Positions 31,825 through 44,235 of a DNA stretch of 64,000 nt are shown one piece after another. Under the pieces are notes generated by a model. The model was not told the DNA's origin and searched no databases. It saw only the letters and a list, made by a program, of their open reading frames with translations. The translations under genes were made by a program, and so were the position numbers. Each line of letters opens with the position of its first letter. The stretch's first letter is position 1. The DNA is from Naegleria gruberi (Eukaryota), in NCBI GenBank assembly GCA_000004985.1, contig GG738870.1. The stretch is one strand, 5' to 3'.

Positions 31825-32486
31825 TTAAATTTCTCTTTTAACTTCGAACCACATTCTCAAAACATAGATTTGAACACCTGAAAGACAAACTAACAAAAAG
31901 ATGGAGAATAAATTGTAATAGGTAACTCTTTCGTTTGTAGCTTCACAAATATTTCTATGAGTAGCTTCTCTAGCACGGAATTCTTGTTGTTCATTTTGAA
32001 TATGGCTTAATCCTTCAGATAATTTTTGAATTGTTTGTTCAACTGGTGAAAGATGTTCCAATTTGGCAATATTAGTGTCCACAAAATCACCAATAGAAAT
32101 ATGGAATGAAACAGTCTTTGGTGTAAGAGTAGAAATCTTATTAGAGAAACAAAACTTGTAAGTTCCTTTCTTATCAGCATTAATAGAAAACTTTCCTTCC
32201 GATTCTCTTTCTTGTTGATGCAAAATTTCTCCATCAGGATCAAAAACTCTAAATAAATTAATATTTCCATTAATCCAATTACTAAAACCTACACTAAATC
32301 GATATCTAAAAATCCTCCTTTAATTACTTGATATTTTAATGACAATTTTGATGGCTTATCCAATGTTTCAAAAAGGCATCGTTCCTCAGCCGGATCCAAT
32401 GTATAAGTTAAAGCATTTGTATGTTGAATAAGAATAGAAACAATGATCAACAGAGTTGCCATCAAGCAACAGGAACTGACTTTCAT
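31825..32486 (-). CDS. p24/emp24 (TMED) GOLD-domain cargo receptor, 2 exons (32486..32293, 32248..31825)
   Basis: Exon 1 has a signal peptide followed by LTYTLDPAEERCLFE...YQVIKGGFLDIDL. A GTAGGT donor and a tttAG acceptor flank a 44-nt intron. Exon 2 begins VVFDPDGEILHQQERESEGKFSINADKKGTYKFCFSN. It ends with a coiled region, a TM helix and a KREI tail. Total length is 618 nt, or 206 codons. Confidence 0.75.
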
Positions 32487-32783
32487 TGTATGATCGTGAT
32501 GATGAAAGGCTAATTTTTTTAAAAAATTAAAAATTAAAAAAATTAAAGGTGATGTAATGCTGTACAGATCACTACCAGGCTATTTTCATCCGATATCGAG
32601 ATGAAACAGCTTGATTTTATTATGGTGTTCTATGGTACATGGAATATAATTACACTATAGTTTACTACAGCTCTTAGAATTTTCATCACCACAAATATAG
32701 ACAATTTTGATAGAGAACCTTTTCAAAAAAAATACACATTCATTGTGCACTGCATTCTCCCAATTTCAAAATTTATCATTAAA

Positions 32784-33731
32784 ATGTCATGCTGTTGTAA
32801 GAAGGATTCATCACTTGCTGAATTGATTGTTTTTGGTGGTTTTGGTATCGGAACTATTCTTGCTACTTTGTTATTGAAGAAGGAAAAGAAACCACAACCA
32901 ATTGTTGAAACTCCTACTACTATTGAATCATTCTATCCATTCATTTGTGAAAGAATTCAAGTTGTTGCTTCCAAGTTAGGAGTTTCTGCAGATGATATCT
33001 ATCAAGTTCTTCCTCATTTACAAGCTGGTTCTTCAATTTCAATTAATGAACCAGAAAATGGATTGAATCTTGCTAAATATATTGACCATACCATTTTGAA
33101 GGCTAATGCAAAGCAAAGTGAAGTTGAACAGTTGTGTAAAGAAGCTTTGGATAATCAATTTGCTGCTGTTTGTGTTAATGCATCAAATGTTGCTCTTTGT
33201 AAAACATTATTAGAAAATTCTAATATTAAGATTGCTTCAGTTGTTGGTTTCCCACTTGGCGCTACTACTACAGAAACTAAGGTATTCGAAACTAGACAAG
33301 CTATCGATCTTGGAGCTCATGAAATTGACGTTGTTATTAATGTTGGAAAATTATTGGATGGTGATTATCAATACATGTTTAATGAAATGAAACAAGTTGC
33401 AGATGCTTGTATTGAAAAGAATGCAGTTTTGAAGGTCATTTTAGAATGTTGTTTGTTGGATAAGAATTTGATTGCTGATGCCTCAATCATTTGCATGTTG
33501 GCTAAATGTCACTTTGTTAAAACTAGTACTGGTTTCAGCACTTCTGGAGCTAAATTGGAAGATTGTAAATTGATGAAAGCAATCTGTGGTAATGTTGGTC
33601 AAGTTAAGGCTGCAGGTGGTATTAGAGATAAGGAAGCTGCTGTTAAATTCATCAATGAAAGTAAGATTGCTAGAATTGGTACTAGCAGTGGTATTAGTAT
33701 TATCAATTCTGGACAAGCAACTGGATATTAA
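32784..33731 (+). CDS. deoC: deoxyribose-phosphate aldolase (DeoC type) with N-terminal MSCCCKK plus a hydrophobic anchor-like segment
   Basis: DeoC blocks are present: YIDHTILKANAKQSEVEQLCKEALDNQFAAVCV, IASVVGFPLGATTTETKVFETRQAIDLGAHEIDVVIN and the Schiff-base Lys region CHFVKTSTGFS...AAGGIR. The preferred start MSCCCKKDSSLAELIVFGGFGIGTILATLLL sits in an A-rich ATG context. The ORF track begins earlier, at 32745. Confidence 0.7.
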   Translation: MSCCCKKDSSLAELIVFGGFGIGTILATLLLKKEKKPQPIVETPTTIESFYPFICERIQVVASKLGVSADDIYQVLPHLQAGSSISINEPENGLNLAKYIDHTILKANAKQSEVEQLCKEALDNQFAAVCVNASNVALCKTLLENSNIKIASVVGFPLGATTTETKVFETRQAIDLGAHEIDVVINVGKLLDGDYQYMFNEMKQVADACIEKNAVLKVILECCLLDKNLIADASIICMLAKCHFVKTSTGFSTSGAKLEDCKLMKAICGNVGQVKAAGGIRDKEAAVKFINESKIARIGTSSGISIINSGQATGY

Positions 33732-33742
33732 AATAATATTTA

Positions 33743-35449
33743 TTACTTATCATATGACTTTTGAATGGTCAATCTTAATTTATAACAAACATCCCATTTA
33801 TCCAGTGATAGTAACATATTTGAAATACCAGCATGTTGTTGTAATACTTTGAAATTTGAAGGTTTACAAATACCAACAAGAATACTCTTCAATGGAGAGT
33901 ATAATGGGAATGAATTTTGAATTTGGGAAAATATTTGGAATGCCTTTCCTAACTCATTTCTTTGTAATAGTGTATTACCCAACTCGAATAATAAATTAAT
34001 ATCTCTTGAACCACAGTTTGATTCATGGTTAATTGAATCATAAAGTAATACCTCCTTTTTCATTACTTCAATTTCTCCTGTAAAACCAAAATTACAAATA
34101 ATTAAATATTCCACAAATGGTTCCAAGTAGGTACCCTTAGCTTTTGTTTTAAAGTTATCTAAAGAAATTTTAAAATTATGCTTATCCAAAATCAAGTTAT
34201 CATGTTGAAGTTTAACCAGCTCCGTCCTCAAATTGTTGATTACTAAAGCTTGTTCTCTGTTACTACTTGGTAATCTTGAATTGAAAATAGATTCCTTAGA
34301 AATATCATCCAAATCTACAAGTAAATATCCAGATGGTATATATGATAAATGATTATTTCCTTTAAATTCCTTTCTCAAAAAATTCATTACTGTTTCATTA
34401 CTTTTCAAATCATCTTTTGAAATAATTTGTCTCTTATAAAGATCCATAATAAAACTTGATAAAAAGAATGATTCCGAGTTGGCATTTGGATTTTCATACT
34501 TATTTTCTAATTTTCTCATATATTCCTTTTCTTCTTGTGTTATTTCAATTCCTCTTTGAATCTTTTCTAAACTTTCTCCAATTCTATTTTCATAATCATT
34601 TTGTAATTTTGATAATATTAAATTTCTATTATTTAAATTTTGAATAGTATTTTGAATATCTTTAATAGTCAAATTAACATCAAGTTCTTCTGCTATTTTA
34701 ATTGTATTAATAAATCCAGATAATTGAATTGATACATCTTCAAATTTTTCATTCTTTAAAATTTCTTCAACACTTTCATTTCCATTGATAGAAGTAAATT
34801 TAAATCCATTTTCAAGTAATTCTTTAATTGAATTTTTTACAGTTTCAATATCACTTGATTGAATTACATTTTTATCACATTTTAAAACACAATAAATTAA
34901 ACTTGTTAATTCTGATAATAATTTTGAATTTCCTGCTTTTTTACATTCTTTAGAAAATTGTTCAATAATTGATGGTAAATAATTTCTCAATAATTCAACA
35001 CCATCCCTATTATTTAATTTCAACCATTTCATTATATTTGAAATCTTTTCATGATCCATTTCATTTAAATTATCTAAAATATTCTTTAAAGAATCTGTTT
35101 CTTTAATATTTTGTAAATAATAAATTAATAAAGCAATAGCAATTAGTGAAAACCCAATCAATGTTCCATTTGAAATATATTTCAACTCCTTTACATGATG
35201 TTTTTCAATTAATTTATAAAATTGAACTTCATTAAATTTTAAATTTTCTTGAACATTTTGAGGAATTTTAATATTTGGTAAAATAGGCTTTGTGATTTGA
35301 TTTTCATTTTCTTTAAAATTATTCACGGATTGATGAAATCTTCTTAAAATATTATTAGGAGTTTTAAACACGTGTTCACCTCCAAAAAGATAATATTTTC
35401 TTCTCAGTACTTTCATCGGAGATGTTGTTGTTGGCAAGCCTTTCAGCAT
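33743..35449 (-). CDS. hypothetical protein, single TM, N/K/I-rich (568 aa)
   Basis: It is one long ORF with one hydrophobic helix (LIGFSLIAIALLIYYL). No recognisable domain is present, and it is very AT-rich. Confidence 0.35.
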   Translation of the reverse strand: MLKGLPTTTSPMKVLRRKYYLFGGEHVFKTPNNILRRFHQSVNNFKENENQITKPILPNIKIPQNVQENLKFNEVQFYKLIEKHHVKELKYISNGTLIGFSLIAIALLIYYLQNIKETDSLKNILDNLNEMDHEKISNIMKWLKLNNRDGVELLRNYLPSIIEQFSKECKKAGNSKLLSELTSLIYCVLKCDKNVIQSSDIETVKNSIKELLENGFKFTSINGNESVEEILKNEKFEDVSIQLSGFINTIKIAEELDVNLTIKDIQNTIQNLNNRNLILSKLQNDYENRIGESLEKIQRGIEITQEEKEYMRKLENKYENPNANSESFFLSSFIMDLYKRQIISKDDLKSNETVMNFLRKEFKGNNHLSYIPSGYLLVDLDDISKESIFNSRLPSSNREQALVINNLRTELVKLQHDNLILDKHNFKISLDNFKTKAKGTYLEPFVEYLIICNFGFTGEIEVMKKEVLLYDSINHESNCGSRDINLLFELGNTLLQRNELGKAFQIFSQIQNSFPLYSPLKSILVGICKPSNFKVLQQHAGISNMLLSLDKWDVCYKLRLTIQKSYDK

Positions 35450-35668
35450 TTTTTATTATCATTAATTAAAAAAATCTATTTTTACACAACAATTTAGCAC
35501 TTAGTCCTCCACGTTAAATGTTGTGTCCTCCACCAAGCGTTTTTTGGCTAGGACAGTTGACAAACTCAATAGATTTCTTGGCAATAACCTTGAAAAACAT
35601 TTAACGTTGGCTCAGCACAGCCACGGTAAAGTTTGATAGGCTGCTAATTTGTGGTGAAAAGAAAAAAA

Positions 35669-36178
35669 ATGAAAATTTCATCATCAATTGTTTTTATTGT
35701 TTTGGTTGCATTGATTGCCTTGTCATCCTATTGTTTTGCTGAAGAAGTAGCTATGGGTGCTGCTGATAGTCCAAATATGCAAATGAATGATCAAAAAGAT
35801 ATTGCTAGAATTGAAGTAAGTTTTCCGATCATTGATTTCAAACAAATCGTCCTTTCATTATTATAAATTCATTTAATGTTAATAATTAACGTGTGAAATC
35901 ATTTTAATGATGTGCATCACTCTCCATTAATTTGATAAATGATGTAGACTTGTGTTGGAGCATGTTTAAAGAAATATCAAGGTGCTTTTGAATTTATTTC
36001 TCAAAAATCAATGAGAATGTCTGGATTACAAGTTCTTTTTATTGGACAATATCCAAAACTTATTCTCTACACTGCTGAGCATGAAACTAAGGAAGAAATT
36101 GATATCAGAGACAAGTCAGCTCAAGAAATTGAAGAAATTCTTATTAAAGCAGGTTGTAGATTTAGAAAAATGAATTAA
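35669..36178 (+). CDS. SelM/Sep15-family thioredoxin-like ER protein, Cys-containing (no Sec), 2 exons (35669..35815, about 35948..36178; ±1 nt)
   Basis: Exon 1 has a signal peptide (MKISSSIVFIVLVALIALSSYCFA)...QKDIARIE and ends at a GTAAGT donor at 35816. The acceptor gtAG lies near 35947. Exon 2 gives TCVGACLKKYQGAFEFISQKSMRMSGLQVLFIGQYPKLILYTAEHETKEEIDIRDKSAQEIEEILIKAGCRF, colinear with human SelM [46 protein letters not shown]. No in-frame TGA occurs at the redox position. Its stop overlaps the stop of the convergent ATPase gene. Confidence 0.55.
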
Positions 36179-39100
36179 ACATCTCTCAATTCTGTTACTG
36201 CAGAATTATTTGTTTCCATTGGTGGTTTCTTTGTTGTGTTATTCTTCTTTTTCTTTGAGGTGTCATACATTTTCAATTTTTGATAATAGTCAGGCCATAC
36301 CAAGTATTTGATACCATAGAAAAATAAATCAAAAGCAAGAGGAGTTACAACACATAAAATGTGAACTAACCAAAATCTAGCAGATTGTACAACTGTATAC
36401 CAAACATAATAAGTTTGATTGGCAGTACCACCAACTGATTGAATACCTGCATAAGCAAATGCAAATGCATAATATGTTAAGAAAGAGAATGCCATACATA
36501 AATGGTGAAGAATTGTGAAATTTTCCATCTCCAAGTAACATTTGAGATTAACAACACAAAATACGCATGAACAGACAAGTGTTGAAACAGACCAAAGACC
36601 ATCATCTTGACCTGTTGTTAAAATGCCTGCTTCATTGGCATAAATAACAAAGAAGAAGATTATGGTTGCGTGAATAATAGCTCCAAGAATCCACTTGATA
36701 AAAGTATACCAATTGAAAATATAATCCTTTCTCAAATTGGTATAAAGTACTGGACCAATTGTAGAATCTTCCAAATATTCTTCCTTGATATCCTTTTCTA
36801 AAAGTCCAAATACAAATGGATTTAACAATGTAAATACCAAGTTATAGAAGGTAAGAACGTAACTGTCAACAAGTGTTTGACCAGAGTACATGGTATAGAA
36901 AGTGAAATAAACTTGAATAAATGTAATGACAATATTCTTATAGAAAGAATATTGAATGAATTGAGCTGATCTCTTGAATGAATATCTACCGTGAGTAACT
37001 AATAAACGTTTAAGCATAAAGAATTTTGGAATGGCATAATCGGAAGATAATTTAGCTTGAGAACCTTCTTTACCCATAACACCAACACCAACTTTAGCTT
37101 TTTGAATCATTGGAACATCGTTAGCACCATCACCAATAGCCAAACCATTCTTACCAAGTTTCTTCTTTGCTAAATCTACAAGCATTGACTTTTGTTTTGG
37201 AGTAGCACGACAACAAATTACTGTTTTACATTTCTTAATCAAATTAATAAAGAACTTTTGAGATTTGGTTTCCATACAGTGTGTGAATGCATGTCCATCA
37301 AGAACGAGAGCTACATTCTTCTTTTGGAATTCATTTAACTTTTCAATATTAGCTAAATGTGCTAAAATGGCAGATGCACTAGTATCATCATCATGAATAG
37401 ATCCATCATCTCCATCTAAAGTAAATGTTTGGGAATCAGAATCTAAAAAGTTAGACATTTGAGCAATATTAACAGCTGTTTCTCTCTTATCACCAGTAAG
37501 TAACCAAAGTTGAAGACCAGAATCTAAGAAAAATTTGATAGTTTCAGGAACAAAAGGTTGCAATCTATCTTCAATAGCAGTAGCACCAGTAATTAAAAGA
37601 TCCTTTTCAATTTCTAATTCTGCTGATTCAATAGCTTGCTTTCTCTTCTTTGAAAGGAGAGATTTGGCAGCATTATATCTAGTGATCCAATCATTAAATT
37701 GAGAAGCAGGAATAAACTTATAAGCCAAGAGTAAAGTTCTCAAACCATCTCTAGCAAAATTAAGAATATGTTCATCCAATCTTGGTTTCAATTGTTTGCT
37801 ATTGTTTGGTTCAATAAAAGGGAACAAGAAACTGTCAGCACCCTTTGAATAACAAACATAAATACCTTGTGGACCATTAACTTCTTGAGATGGAATACCT
37901 TGTAATAAAGCCATTCTCTTAAAGGCAGGGAAATCATTCAAAAAATCAGCTGGAATAAGGAAGAATGTAGACATTCTCTTTCTATCTGGTGTGAATGGAA
38001 TTTCTGTTTCTCTTTCAAAAGTGTATTCCTTGTCAAAGATTTTAACAACTGTCTTTTTTTCAGAGTAAAATTTGAGGGTAAAATTATTATTGACAGCACC
38101 CAAAACGAGGGCAACTTCATCAACACTTTCACCTTCATAGAATGATTTACTCTCACCACTTCCATTATGTATTGGTTTTTCTCTTAGGGAAACATTATGG
38201 CAAAGTGCAAGGAGAAGGAAAACATTCATACCTAGGAAGAATTCATTCTCATTAGAGAATGCCAATTTTCTATCTGAAATAACAGAATCAATTTCAGCTT
38301 GAGAAATTTCTTTAGACATTCTATGCTTTTTCATTTGATTATAATCTTTCAATTGTTCCAAGACTCTACCAACATGTCCTTTGGTTTGATAATCATCATG
38401 AACATAATCATGTCCAATACAACACTTATTGAAAACCATAGAGTTTTCTGTAAGTGTTCCTGTCTTATCTGAGAAAATAATATCAACTTGGGATAAATCA
38501 GCGTTAAGGTCACTGGAAATTGAAATAGAGTTGATAAAGACCTTACGATCTGGATCATGAGGATCAGTATCATAAATAGCCATTTGATTGTCCATTGTAA
38601 TAAACCAAGCTTGAATCATTTTGACAAATTCCAAAGAAACAAACAATGAAACTGGAATTAACATGTTAAGCAAAATGAAATAAGTAAGGAATGAAAGGAC
38701 AACATATGCAGCATCTGTAATATTTGACTTTGGTTTACCAGTGTAAGGAGAAATTCTAGCCAAAGTAAATTCCTTATATGAACCCAAACCAACAAAGATT
38801 AAGCAGAAAATAATTTGAATAGTAAATAAAGCTCCAATGAAATAGTTCAACATGGAATTAACAAAACTGAATTTGACCTTTCCTTTTTGCATATTCTTCA
38901 TAATCTTAGTATCAGGACCAGAATAAATGACAATACCATAAATATGTTGTGTTGATCTAAGAATTGATCCTTTCAATAAAAGATTTTGATGAGATAATGG
39001 AATTTCTGGACCTAATCCATCTATTTTGATAGAACCTTTAAATTTGTATAATTGTTCACTAGGTGGTTGACAATCAACAATTCCTTTCATATCTGCTAAC

Positions 39101-40022
39101 TTTTCTGGAGTGCTAAATACTGATAAACCCTTTGGACAATATCTTGCTTTCAAATTAGTTTCACCATCAAGGTTTGCTGTTTCAATTTTACAACTACCAT
39201 CTTCAAAATTTGATGAAATAAGTAAAATATCAGCAGGGAAAGCATAATCTTCCTCAACTTTAACAATATCACCAACTCTAACATCACAAGTATCAATTCT
39301 CTTAATTTCCTTTCCTCTTATCACATATGCCGCTGTTTTGTTCACTTTTCTGTCATTTAAATAACGCAGAAAATCTTCACCTCCTTCTCTAACCATATTA
39401 ACACCGAGAATGAAAATGACAGGAAGAACAGAAGTTACTGGAGTTGTAGGACTGACATCTGGAATAAAAGCGAAAATCATAATAACAATAAAATAAATAT
39501 TACCAATTTTCTTAAATTGGTAAAGTAAATTCAAAAATAAAAAGTTCCACCAAGTATACTAAAAAGATCTCAATAGTAAACTCTTTGAATCAATTAAATA
39601 TTACCTACCTTCGTTGTACTAATATAATTAGTTGGAAATCTTTGTCTCTTAATACCAAGAAACCATTTCTTCTTTTCTAAACGATTCACCTCCCAATCAT
39701 TAATTTGAATTTTATGTTTATCCTCCTCTTCCTCAACAGGTGTTGGCGTTGTTTGATTTGGTTGATCTTGTGTATTGGTCGGTTCTTGTTGGGTTGGTTC
39801 TTCTTGATTAGATTGATCGTTTGTTTCTTCTGTTTTTCCAATAACAATAACTTGATCTGTAGGTTCCATGAAAATGCTGGAATCAACTGAAGTATAAGCT
39901 CTGCACTTACTCATTTCTGTACTTCCCTGTCTCTCAAGTTCGTGATTGACAGATCTAAAACTTGTGCTAATTCCCGATGGGGATGCAATATTCTGGCCTT
40001 GTTGGGCCGAATAGAAACTCAT
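36175..40022 (-). CDS. phospholipid-transporting P4-ATPase (flippase, Drs2/ATP8-like), 2 exons (40022..39609, 39558..36175)
   Basis: Exon 1 (...QRFPTNYISTTK) ends at a GTAGGT donor. A tctttttAG acceptor follows, then exon 2 (YTWWNFLFLNLLYQFKKIGNIYF...) with the P-type hallmarks DKTGTLT, TGDKRETAVNIA and GDGANDV. It has ten predicted TMs. Total length is 3798 nt, or 1266 codons. Confidence 0.8.
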
Positions 40023-40649
40023 TTTGAAATAAATAGAAAGTTTTTTAATGTTTAATTGGAGATTGTATAAAATTGTTGAAAATTAAAAGCGTTCTTAATT
40101 AAACGTTTTTAATTTTTCGCAATATAATAACAAATCTCGCCTCTTCAAAAAACTATTTATCCTCTCCAGATGAGTGATGATGACAATATCGGCTGCTGAT
40201 GTAAAAATCTACGCACGCGGTGCAGGCAAAATGTTTTTGCGTATTTTTTTTGAAAATGGGTAATGTCGTTGGGAGTGTTTGGTTGTGAGGCTTGGAGCAG
40301 ACTTGTTTTCTAAATAATCAAGTTTTGAACGTTGGGCAACATTCATGTTCACTATCCACAAACTTTTACTCTATGGGTAGTTGTTCAATCAACGACTTGT
40401 TGCTGACTTTGTATGAAAATTGGTGTAAGCAGAGTTCGTAAACATCGAGTCGTTGCTGATCTGAAGTGTTAACGATTGCGATTGAAGTTAAAAGGGAGTC
40501 GGAATTCTATTGGTTAAATGATCCTCTCCATTTCAAATTGGAAAGGAAATCAGCAAATTCATCTTGGCGCTTTTTATTAATACTTTTGGAAGTTTATTTA
40601 CAGTGCAACTTTAAACATTCCTTTTAATGGATATTAAATAATTGTGAGT

Positions 40650-43600
40650 TTAATGTTTTTGTGCTTGATTTAATTTTTCTTCTAATTTTTCAATAATGTC
40701 AATCATATCTTCATTATCTTGTTCAAGTTCTTGTATTCTCTTTTCTTGATCTGATGTTGTTTTTTGTTGTTTAGCAAGTGCTTCTTGTGCAGTAATTTGT
40801 TGTTGTTGAGCTTGTTGTAAATTGAGTGTTAATTGTGCAATATATTGTTTCAAATTTTCATTCTCAGTAAATAGTGTTGAAATTTGATTATCTTTAACCA
40901 TTGTTTGATTTCTCATATTATTAATATCATTATCCATATTCTTAATAATTACTTCCTTATGATCAATATCTTTTAGAATATTTTCAATATCTTCATCTTT
41001 TTGTTTTAGTTGCATTTGAATATTTGTCAATTGTTCTTGTTGAATATTATTCTTGAATTGTTTTTCTTTTGTTTCATGTTCGAGATTTTCGTGAAGAGTT
41101 CTTAATTGTGATTCAAGTCCTTCTATATTTGATTTATATTCCTTAATCTTTTGTTGAGAATGTGTTAAATCTCTTTCTAATTGTTGACTTGTTTCTAATA
41201 ATTTTGATTTTTCTTCTTCAATTGTTTCAAGTCTTGAAGAGAGATCAGTGATTCTTGTTTTTAATCTTTGATTTTCAGTTGAGAGATTTTGAACTTGATT
41301 TTGGAAAGATTCATTGGTTTCATTAATTTCACTTTGAGCATTTTCCTTTTCAACTCTAAGTTTTTGAATTTCTTCATCCGCAATTCTTAATTTTTCTTTA
41401 CAGTCTTTCAATAAAATTTCTCTCTTTTCAATTTCTTGATTCTTCTCGATTATGATTTTTTGTTTTTCTTCTTCTTGAAGTTTCTTATTATTCTTTTCAA
41501 GTTCTTTCAAAAGAGTATTTTCTTGATTGTTTTCAATGTTTGAAAATTCTGGACTTGATAAAAATGTTAAAATATTACTCATAGATGATGTAATTAATGA
41601 GACAAATTCAAGATCAACTGGTAATACTTCAATCGGTCTTGTTTCTTGAATATCAAGTGATTCATAATTTAATTTAGGTTGATTGGCTGCCTTACTAATC
41701 ATTTCACTTTGTCTCAAAATATCGAACCTTTCTCTAATTCTTTGTAATCCTACACGACGAATGAATAAATCAATAAGAGATAATCTATTGAAAGTAATTA
41801 TTAATGATAGCGGAAAGAATACTTACTTTGAGAATTTTCCAACAGGTGAAAGTGTAAGGTTATCTTCTTCTGAACTATAGTTTGATATTAACTTGGATGG
41901 ATCCTCATATTCAACGCAAACAAGTCCCAAAAGCATACAACAGAGAGATTGAACAATTGGGCTTGAATTGAGTCCTTGAGAAGAATTAATCACTTCAATG
42001 AACTATATTGAATAATAAGTGTTGTTTCATGAATATATTTGATTGATTAAACACATATTGGAGAACTAAACTTACAAATAAAAGAGTAGAATAACTGTGT
42101 TCCATAAACTTTTTAGCAGATGAAGAACTACCATTAATCCATTCACATAATAATCTCAGCAGGGCAATCGTATAGTAATCTTGAATACGTGCCTTAATTG
42201 CATAAACAATAGCATTAACTAAACAGGTAAAGAATGGTTTTGGCTGAGCTCCAGTTTGTGCATCATATGGAATTTCCAAAAGAATTTCTTTACATTTGGT
42301 ACTTTGTCTAATAATTGAACTTAAAATTGAAACAGCATGAACACATTCTAAAATGTGATATTTTGGTTTTTCAAGAGAGAATAAAGCATCAGATAGAATA
42401 ATACCACACAACATATTCTCCTCCAGTGAAGATGAAATGAATGTTGGTGCTTTAACTGTTGAAGCAATCAATAATTGACCTTCCTTATTATTATGTAAAA
42501 ATCTTCTAAGAGTAGAATAGGATAATTGTCTTCTGTATTCATTTTCAGAATAGAGAATAATTTTACAAAGTCTAATAATTGCAGATTCTTCAGATAATAG
42601 AGCATGAACAACACCATTACCACTTGAACCTGAAGATACTGCCTTTGATACACCATTAAACATTAATGTTTTACCTTGTTGAGGTACATTAATAACATTA
42701 TTTGGATATTGGAATGTGTAGGATTCCATAATTTCTTGAGCAGGTCTATTGTTAAATAGCAAATGACCCAATAAGAAAATAGATTTCATATTAATATCAT
42801 ACATTATAGTTCTAATAAGTTCTGGAATTGAAAAATCTGATTCTGATGTTAAAATTGAAGAAAATGTATAATCAAATGAAAGTCTTAATATTGGAATAAG
42901 AATATTAGAGTTTGAATTATTTACAAACTTTGTACCTCCCTTTCCAGAAGAGACGTTACAAATAATTTCCTTAACAGGTTCTTTTGTTGATTTCATTAAT
43001 TCTAATAAAATATCCAATACTTGTGACATGATTTCTAATTGCTTCTCGCTGTTAGCAATTTTTTTAAAATCCTTTTCTTCTTCCTGTTCATTGTGGGATG
43101 ATAATTTTGTTGGTTGATGATTCATTGAATTTTCATCTTCATTGAGATGTGAAGATAATGTCTCTGATCCACCACCCGAGACCAAAGTCATGGCAACACC
43201 AGCAAAAGCTTGAAGAAAACCAACTTTACCATTTTCTGAATCGGAATGTTTCTTAACTGCTAAATGTTTTTTAATAGCCTCTGGAATTAATAAAAGAGGA
43301 TGTAAATAGGTCATTCCTCCATTTTGTAGCATTAAAAATTGTTTTCTATTCAATTCATTATTTTGTAATAGATAGTGAATAATAACTAGACAATCTAATA
43401 CAATAATTCCTCCTTGATTGCCACCTTCTTGAAGAATAATTCCAAATAAAATATCAAAAATTCCTTCAAATACTAAAATTTTCTTCAACTCTGAAGTATT
43501 TAATGACTCTTCAACACTAATACTTTCAACTAGTTTTTTCAGGAAAATAATTCCTTCATTCCTCAAAGCACCATAACTATTAAAAACTGAAATGATTAAA

Positions 43601-44235
43601 GGAATTGCAGCTTCTCTCAAGATACAATCCTGAACTACTTGAGGATTAAACTTTAAAAGACTTGTTAAAATTTGTATTGAATGAAATCTAATATGAGAAT
43701 TATTCTCATTTAAAAGTGATAATATAATAGTTACATAGGTTGGTTTTTGGGTCAGCGCGTCAAGATAAATTTGCCCATAATGTCCTAATTGAGTTAAATT
43801 AGAAACAATAGTTAAATATTCCATTGTTGATGATTCATTTTCATTTTGATTAATAATATTAAATAATTTAGGTAAAATTGTTTTAAATTCTCTATGATTT
43901 CCATTACTTTCGTAATCTCTAGATGATAATTCAATTAAACTTTCTAGAGCATCTATTTTATCATCGAGAAGAGATGAAGTTTCAATTCTATGAAAAAGAT
44001 CCGATACGTTCAATTCAATTTGTTTTGGTGTTCTGCGAGAAGTTTGTTCAAAATTTTGTTGTTGTTGTTGACCAACGATTGTGGTTGAATTATTATCAAC
44101 CCTACTACTATTAATGATTGATTGTGATTGTATAGTTGGAGATGATTCGTCCGATGATCCTTGTTGTTGTTGTAATATTGGTGCTTCTTCACTACCACTC
44201 CCTCCCAGATAGTTTTGGAATATCCAAGACGCCAT
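40650..44235 (-). CDS. general vesicular transport factor p115/Uso1-like golgin, 3 exons (44235..42076, 42002..41827, 41784..40650)
   Basis: The N-terminal 720-aa region is armadillo-like (RIETSSLLDDKIDALESLIELSSRDYE). It ends at a GTAAGT donor. An atAG acceptor opens a 58-codon exon (FIEVINSSQGLNSSPIVQSLCCMLLGLVCVEYEDPSKL...), which also ends at GTAAGT. A caatAG acceptor opens exon 3, a long E/K/Q coiled coil with an acidic end. Total length is 3471 nt, or 1157 codons. Confidence 0.55.
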
